Source: Vampirovibrionales bacterium
Lineage (GTDB): Bacteria > Cyanobacteriota > Vampirovibrionia > Vampirovibrionales > JAJTHC01
Assembly: GCA_035285025.1 (NCBI GenBank)
Contig: JAYKHY010000029.1
Coordinates: 10,955 to 74,954, forward strand
Reading direction: 5' to 3'
DNA length: 64,000 nucleotides
This document shows, piece by piece, positions 58,014-64,000 of this stretch. Each line of letters opens with the position of its first letter. Positions within the stretch are counted from its first letter, which is position 1. The position numbers and the translations under genes were made by a program. A model generated the notes under the pieces. That model was not told where the DNA came from, did no database searches, and was given only the letters and a program-made list of their open reading frames with translations.

Positions 58014-59135
58014 TTACATGCTTTTAATGGCTTCGATTACGCGCTGAACGTTTTCTCGGGGGGTTTTGGGCAAAATCCCGTGGCCCAGATTAAAGCCATA
58101 GCCTTTACCTGCGTTAAGCGCCATGCCGGTTTGCGCAATCTGGCGCGCGGCTTGCGCCACGGTTTGGGCCGAGGCTTGCCAAAGCATTACTGGATCTAGA
58201 TTGCCCTGCAAAGCTACATGACTCATTTGATTCTCGACAAGCCACTGATGGGTTGCGCCTAAGTCCGTATGCTCATCCAGACTCAGTACGGTGGCACCGC
58301 TACGGGCCAGCAACGGCAGCAAACCACGGCTGCCACGCGCGTACAAAATCACAGGCACACCGGGGTGCGCGGCTTTAACCGCCGCAATCACCTGCTGCTG
58401 ATACGGCAGCACAAACTGCTGATACGTCTCGGGGTGGAGTTGACCGGCCCAGGTATCAAAAAGTTGCAGGGCTTGCGCCCCGGCCTCAATTTGGGCAATC
58501 AGGTAGCGTGCAACGGTTTCAGAAAGCATTGCTAGTAATTGCGTTAACGTGCGCGGCGCGTTATAAAGCCAGCTTTTAATCTGGTGCAGGTGTCGGCTGG
58601 TTTGTCCTTCAATCATGTAAGTGGCCAGCGTCCAGGGGGCGCCCGCAAACCCTAAAAGTGCTTTTTCTCGTGGTAGTTCGGCGCGCAGCAATTTTAAAGT
58701 TTCAAGCATAAACCCCAAATCCGCTTTCGGATCGGGAATGCGTAATTGCGACAGTCCGTCCGGTTTAAGCGGCTCCGGAAAACACGGGCCTGCATCGTTA
58801 AAAATCAGCTTTAATCCCATCGCCTCGGCGGGGGGTAAAATATCCGAAAATACAATTGAGGCGTCCATGTCAAACGCCTTAATCGGTTGCATCGAGACTT
58901 CGACGGCAAGTTCCGGTGTTTTGCAAAGCGTCATAAAATCGGCTTTAGCGCGCACCGCCTGATATTCGTGCATGTATCGCCCGGCTTGGCGCATCAGCCA
59001 CACCGGGGGGCGCTCAATGGCGTGTTGCCCGCTTAACGCCCGTATAAGTAGCGGCTGCGTGTTATCTGGCCCTGCTGGTGGATTAGTTTGTGCCGATGGA
59101 GAGTGTTCGGGGGTTAGGCTGGGCGTGGGCATCAT
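58014..59135 (-). CDS. hemE: Uroporphyrinogen decarboxylase
   Basis: It has the RPPVWLMRQAGRY signature and full-length URO-D architecture. The N-terminal ~25 aa of the ORF probably lie upstream of the true start. Confidence 0.88.
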   Translation of the reverse strand: MMPTPSLTPEHSPSAQTNPPAGPDNTQPLLIRALSGQHAIERPPVWLMRQAGRYMHEYQAVRAKADFMTLCKTPELAVEVSMQPIKAFDMDASIVFSDILPPAEAMGLKLIFNDAGPCFPEPLKPDGLSQLRIPDPKADLGFMLETLKLLRAELPREKALLGFAGAPWTLATYMIEGQTSRHLHQIKSWLYNAPRTLTQLLAMLSETVARYLIAQIEAGAQALQLFDTWAGQLHPETYQQFVLPYQQQVIAAVKAAHPGVPVILYARGSRGLLPLLARSGATVLSLDEHTDLGATHQWLVENQMSHVALQGNLDPVMLWQASAQTVAQAARQIAQTGMALNAGKGYGFNLGHGILPKTPRENVQRVIEAIKSM

Positions 59136-59177
59136 GCGGTAAACTTTCTTCTGGAGTATCTAGAGTAGAATCAGGGC

Positions 59178-59954
59178 GTGATACGTTTTTTAAAAAGCTC
59201 TTCTGGTTTTAGTTTAGCGCAGATATTGCAAAAACTGCGCAGCCAGGCGTTTGCGATTCGGGTGGCCGTGCAGGATCCCGTTTGCCCCGGCTGCGGCGGC
59301 TGGATAGACGCGGGCTTGAATCACCCTGGCGTATTTTGGTGCGAAGGGTGCCAGTCTCGCTGGGGATTTTTAATGCAGCCTGCATCGCTGAACCAAGCCG
59401 ATGCGCTACAGATTTATCAATGCCATTTGGTACCACGGCTTAAGCATGTGCTGTATCGCTGGAAGTTTTTACCCAAGCATCCCGGTCAATCGTTTTTAAT
59501 CAACCTCATGCTGGGCGAGTCAGGCGTGTGTCAGCCGTTTCTGGATGAAAACACCCTGATGGTAACCATTCCTGCGCGCACCGCCGTCGAGCACCGGCAG
59601 GACAGAATGACCGCATTGGCCAGCGTGTTGGCCGCAAGCGTGGGCGCGCGCTTTTTACCTGGCGCGTTGCTTTGGCAGCGTAAAACCGAGCGTCAGCACC
59701 AGTTGGCGGGGCGTGCGACCCGGATGCGGAATGTGATTGGGGCCTTGGCGTTGCATTCCACTGCACAGGCGCGTTTGGCGCACGCGCTCCAAAAAAATCA
59801 GCGCGCACGCATCGTGATTTTAGATGATATTTTAACAACGGGTAGCACACTTAACGCCGCACGCATGGCGATTTCGGCGGTTTTTCCGCAGGCGAACATT
59901 GTTACCATGGCCATTGCGCACGTACCACTGCAACACGAATCGCCTGCGGGTTAA
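59178..59954 (+). CDS. comF: ComF-family phosphoribosyltransferase-domain protein
   Basis: An N-terminal Cys cluster (CPGCGG…CEGCQ) is followed by the C-terminal PRTase motif IVILDDILTTGSTL. Confidence 0.75.
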   Translation: MIRFLKSSSGFSLAQILQKLRSQAFAIRVAVQDPVCPGCGGWIDAGLNHPGVFWCEGCQSRWGFLMQPASLNQADALQIYQCHLVPRLKHVLYRWKFLPKHPGQSFLINLMLGESGVCQPFLDENTLMVTIPARTAVEHRQDRMTALASVLAASVGARFLPGALLWQRKTERQHQLAGRATRMRNVIGALALHSTAQARLAHALQKNQRARIVILDDILTTGSTLNAARMAISAVFPQANIVTMAIAHVPLQHESPAG

Positions 59955-60212
59955 ATGCCTTTGGTTTAGAACTATAACTTACTTATTAGTTTAAAAGTTG
60001 TGTTGCCTAGGACTGCGATGCAATAGCAGAGACGTCTGTATTAGGTGTATGATCTTATTCTTGAACGCATCCAAAAATAACGCTTACAAAGTCCTCGGCG
60101 TAACTCGTGGCATAATAAGGTTTGCAGACGATTGTTAATTAAATGGCTCTCTGGCAGGGGCCGCGCTTAAAGTTTTAAATGGTTGATTCGGTTTTTTAAC
60201 GTTTGGGTTGTT

Positions 60213-61286
60213 ATGGCACAGGTTACGCTTAAAAACATCTCGTGCGCCTTCGAGGGTAAAACCGTCCTGAACGATGTGTCGCTGTCGGTAAACGACGGCG
60301 AGTTTCTGGTGATTGTCGGCCCGAGCGGCTGCGGAAAATCCACGCTATTGCGCATTATTGCAGGGCTCACGCCGCCCAGTTCGGGCGAAGTCATGATTGG
60401 CGAGACGGCCGTAAACGCGGTTGCGCCAAAAGATCGGGACGTGGCCATGGTGTTCCAGAATTACGCCTTGTACCCGCATATGAGCGTAATGGAAAATCTT
60501 GCGTTTGCCCTTAAAATGCGCGGCGTGAACAAGCCCGAGCGCGAGCAACGCGTGACCCAAGTTGCCGAGCAATTGCAACTGACCGAGCTGCTCAAGCGTA
60601 AGCCGGGGCAGCTTTCTGGCGGGCAGCGCCAGCGCGTGGCCCTAGGGCGTGCCATTGTACGCAACCCGCGCGTGTTTTTAATGGATGAGCCGCTCTCAAA
60701 CCTGGATGCCAACCTGCGGCAGCACACGCGCGGCGAACTGGCCAAGCTGCACCAGAAACTGGGCATCACCACGCTATACGTCACGCACGATAAAATCGAG
60801 GCGATGACCCTTGGCCAGCGCATTGCCGTGATTCACGAGGGCAAAATCCAGCAAATCGCAGACCCTGTTACGATTTATCAATCGCCGGTTAATTTGTTTG
60901 TGGCGCAGTTTATGGGCACGCTTAACAAGCTGCCTGCACAGATTACGCCCCAAGGCTTAGTGCTGACCGGCCTGAATGCGCAACCCTGGCCGTTGCCGAC
61001 GCAAAGCGACGGAATCCAGGCACCGGTAGGGGCTACCGTTCAAGTCTGTTTCAGGCCCGAGTCTGCGCAATTACTGCCCGAGCAGGGCTTTATGGCAACG
61101 CCTTGGCCGCCTTTTATGCTGGCGGGTACAGTCAGCCGGCTGGAGCGCCACGGGAGCGAAAACTGGCTCGAAGTTGCGATTGCAGGCGAGCAAACCATCA
61201 CCTTACGCATTGCTGCGCACGAATCTCCGGCGTTGGGCGCAAGCGTGGCCTGCCGTGTTCAGCCCGAAGGCATCCGGGTGTTTTAG
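60213..61286 (+). CDS. ABC transporter ATP-binding protein of the MalK/UgpC type, with a C-terminal TOBE-like domain
   Basis: Walker A GPSGCGKST, the LSGGQRQRVALGRA signature and Walker B FLMDEPLS are all present, followed by a ~120-aa C-terminal regulatory beta domain. I placed the start at the Met at 60213. Confidence 0.85.
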   Translation: MAQVTLKNISCAFEGKTVLNDVSLSVNDGEFLVIVGPSGCGKSTLLRIIAGLTPPSSGEVMIGETAVNAVAPKDRDVAMVFQNYALYPHMSVMENLAFALKMRGVNKPEREQRVTQVAEQLQLTELLKRKPGQLSGGQRQRVALGRAIVRNPRVFLMDEPLSNLDANLRQHTRGELAKLHQKLGITTLYVTHDKIEAMTLGQRIAVIHEGKIQQIADPVTIYQSPVNLFVAQFMGTLNKLPAQITPQGLVLTGLNAQPWPLPTQSDGIQAPVGATVQVCFRPESAQLLPEQGFMATPWPPFMLAGTVSRLERHGSENWLEVAIAGEQTITLRIAAHESPALGASVACRVQPEGIRVF

Positions 61287-61609
61287 ACAGATCAGTAAAA
61301 AGTAAAAACGTCATTGCGGTAAAAGCCAGAGTTCAGATAAAAGGGACTTGCGCATTAAAAGTTGTCAAAAGCTATTATTTTATTGGTATCTGAGTACCGG
61401 CATCTTAAGTATCGGCACCTTGAGACCCGCCAAAGAGTTACAGCGTTATTCCTTCAAGACCTGTCCCGTTATTTCTGCCCAAAACGGTTAGAACCCATTT
61501 TAAAAAGCGTGAACTTGCCTCTATATCCAGTGTTCGCCTGAATAACGAGTTTTACACCCTTATAATGGCTTGCAGCATTCTGGTTCAATCCCTCGTCCCC
61601 CTCTTCTTA

Positions 61610-64000
61610 TGAGCAAACACAACACCAAACGCTGGCAACTGCGCCAGGCGCAAACCCAGCAAGCGCGCCCCGCAAAACCCGATGCGGCCCTGATCGCAGC
61701 CGCCCATGGCTCACCCATTATCGCGCGGCTGCTACTGCAACGGGGTTATAAAACGCCCGAGCAAATCAAAGCGTTTTTAAACCTTGAGGCCTTTACGCCC
61801 CGGCCCGGCACCGAAATGCCCGATGCCGAAGCCGCACTCACTCGAATCAATCAAGCCATTGATGCGCAAGAGCCCATTTTGGTTTATGGCGATTTTGATG
61901 TTGACGGCCTGAGCGGCAGCTCAATCTTGATGGAGGCGCTTACTACGCTTGGCGCAAAAGTTAGTCATTATATTCCCGATCGTATTGCTGAAGGTCACGG
62001 GCTTAATAGCGCTGCGCTGTGCCGTTTAGTAAGTACCCGGCAGCTTAAACTGGTGATTACGACCGACACGGGCATCACGAATTTTAACGAAATTAGCCTG
62101 ATTAAAGGTCTGGGCGTCGATACGATTGTGACGGATCATCATCACCTGCCCGATAATTTGCCGCCAGCCATTGCCAATGTTAATCCGCAACGTCTTGGGC
62201 CCGATCATCCGTTTTTTAGCATGTGTGGTGCGGGCACGGCATTTAAGCTTATGGAAGCCCTGCTGCATCAGCGCTTGCCGAAGGCCGATGCTGATGCAGC
62301 AACCGAAAAACTTACCGATTTGGCGGCTGTGGGCACCGTGGCCGATATCGTCTCGTTTAGCGGAGAAAACCGCTGGCTGGTGTGGCGCGGTTTAAAACAA
62401 CTGGCCAAGCGCGAACGCGTGGGCTTGCACGCGCTTTTAAAATTGGCCACCGTTGCCGATGATGCGCCGCTGAATACCGAAACCGTCGGCTTTACGATTG
62501 GCCCGCGCTTAAACGCGCTGGGCCGTTTGAGCAACGCTAACGATGGCGTGCTTTTACTAACGACGCAGGATGCGCAACAGGCCGAGCAACTCGGCCAACG
62601 CCTTGAGGCGCTGAACCGACGGCGGCAAGAGCTTTGCGAAACCACGTTCATCGAGGCGCAGCAAATTATCAACAACCAGGGTGGGCTGGGGCAGCAGCGC
62701 GCCGTGATTGCCGGCATGAGCCACTGGGAGCCGGGGATTATTGGTATTGTTTGCTCGCGGATTGTGGATAAATACCGTGTGCCTGCTTTTTTATATGTGG
62801 TTAACGAGCAAACCGGCGAAGTCCGGGGGTCTGCGCGCGGACTCGAAGGGTTCCACGTGCACAAGGCTCTGCAAAGCGTGGAGGATTTACTGACCGGCTA
62901 CGGCGGCCACGCGGGTGCGGGCGGATTTTACCTAAAGCTTAGTAATTTGGCGAATTTTAAGCAGCGTTTGCACGCCGAATGCCAACGCCAGGTAACCGAC
63001 GAAATGATGCTGCCATTGGTCTGGATTGATGAGGTGATTCAGGCAGAACAGGCGAATTTAAACCTGATTGATCTTATCGAGCATCTGGCCCCGTTTGGGC
63101 CCGATAATCCACCCGTCACGCTTGCGATTGAAGGCGTAAAAGTGATTCAGCAGCGCCAACTGGGTGCCGAAGGCAAACATCGTAAAGTCATACTTGCGCC
63201 CTATAACAAAGGCGCTCAGGCCAGCGCGCAGGCAAAACCCATCGAAGCCCTGGAATGGGGTGCAGGGCAGAACCCGGCGTTCACGCCAAACCAGCCGTAT
63301 TGCTTTGCGGTTTCGCTCGAAAAAAACACGTTTAACGGCGAGACGCGCGTGCAAACCATTATTAAAGACGCTAAACCCGCGCTAAAGGCCGAAGCCTGCC
63401 TGGGCAGCGAAGGCGCATGGTTATCCGTTACAGAAAATGAGCCCATTCCAGAAGCTGAGCCGCTCCCAGCTCCCAACAAAACGCACACGCCTGCGGGTGT
63501 TGCCTGGATTGATCATCGTCGTCGAGAGCACGTAGGCGCGTTTGTGCGCGATGTGATTTTACCGGGCGAACTCGACGTCGGTTGCGCGGTATTCCACGAA
63601 GGGCGTTTGCCCGAACTTCCGCTGTGGCAAGCCGACATGCTCATGAGCCGGCAGCAGTTGCGCCGCGTTAACAGTCTGGTGTTTTGGGATTTACCGCCCT
63701 GCGAAGCTTCGTTGAGGCAGATTTTGTCTGTGGCTTCACCGGTGACGGTGCATTGGGTGGGTGGTAAATTCCAGTCGATGCCTGTGACGCCCGAACCCGT
63801 GGACATGCTGCGGCTGCTTGGCCGGGTGGCACAATCGCTTATTCGCAATCAAGTCCCTGTGCCTGTGGCAACCATTGCCGCGCAATTAGCCACCAGCGAA
63901 GCGGTTGTGCTCGCCGGGTTTGCGGTACTCGCCGAAACGCGCTGGCTTAGCGTTAAGGTAATAAACGGGCCTGCAGAAAACGCCTCGCGTGGTGTGCAAA
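61610..64000 (+). CDS. recJ: Single-stranded-DNA-specific exonuclease RecJ (3' end beyond the window)
   Basis: It carries the DHH-family motifs YGDFDVDGLSGSS, ITTDTG and VTDHHHLP, plus a DHHA1 GGHAGAGG region. The ORF runs open to the window edge. Confidence 0.85.

Noticed and set aside
57998-58015. Hairpin aaccct-aaagat-agggtt as the hemE terminator
   Set aside because: The stem overlaps the hemE stop codon and has no U-tract after it. It is probably coincidental.

Overview
This 64-kb window reads as ordinary chromosome from a Gram-negative bacterium with roughly 55% GC. I cannot assign taxonomy from sequence alone. It carries housekeeping genes that I recognise from conserved motifs: gpsA–plsY, trpF-like, ilvD, tRNA-Arg(TCT), queF, panC, a purC–purS fusion with purQ, galE, rimO, ssb, rfbB, panB, recO, a short leuA-family synthase, hemE, comF, a malK/ugpC-like ATPase, and recJ truncated at the 3' window edge. 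Between them are many lineage-specific hypothetical proteins. I found no transposase, integrase, CRISPR array or rRNA.

The accessory-looking content is:
- a gspC/pilP-like–secretin–ATPase–platform gene cluster (T2SS/type-IV-pilus family) directly upstream of galE, with no pseudopilin/pilin or pilMNO genes nearby;
- a roughly 12-kb locus of oversized, divergent alpha-glucan enzymes: an 799-aa glycogen-synthase-like GT5 protein, a 411-aa membrane protein, a 1101-aa TM-anchored GH13 protein and a 1270-aa CBM48 + GH13-like protein, preceded by a long AT-rich leader. I rate this locus as the most likely novel system in the window;
- several proteins with eukaryote-like low-complexity Q/N/G/P- or GGGGY-rich regions;
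- a 95-bp tandem repeat duplicating the 3' end of a gene, a twice-occurring hairpin element, in-frame short tandem repeats in several genes, and two long AT-rich or non-coding stretches.
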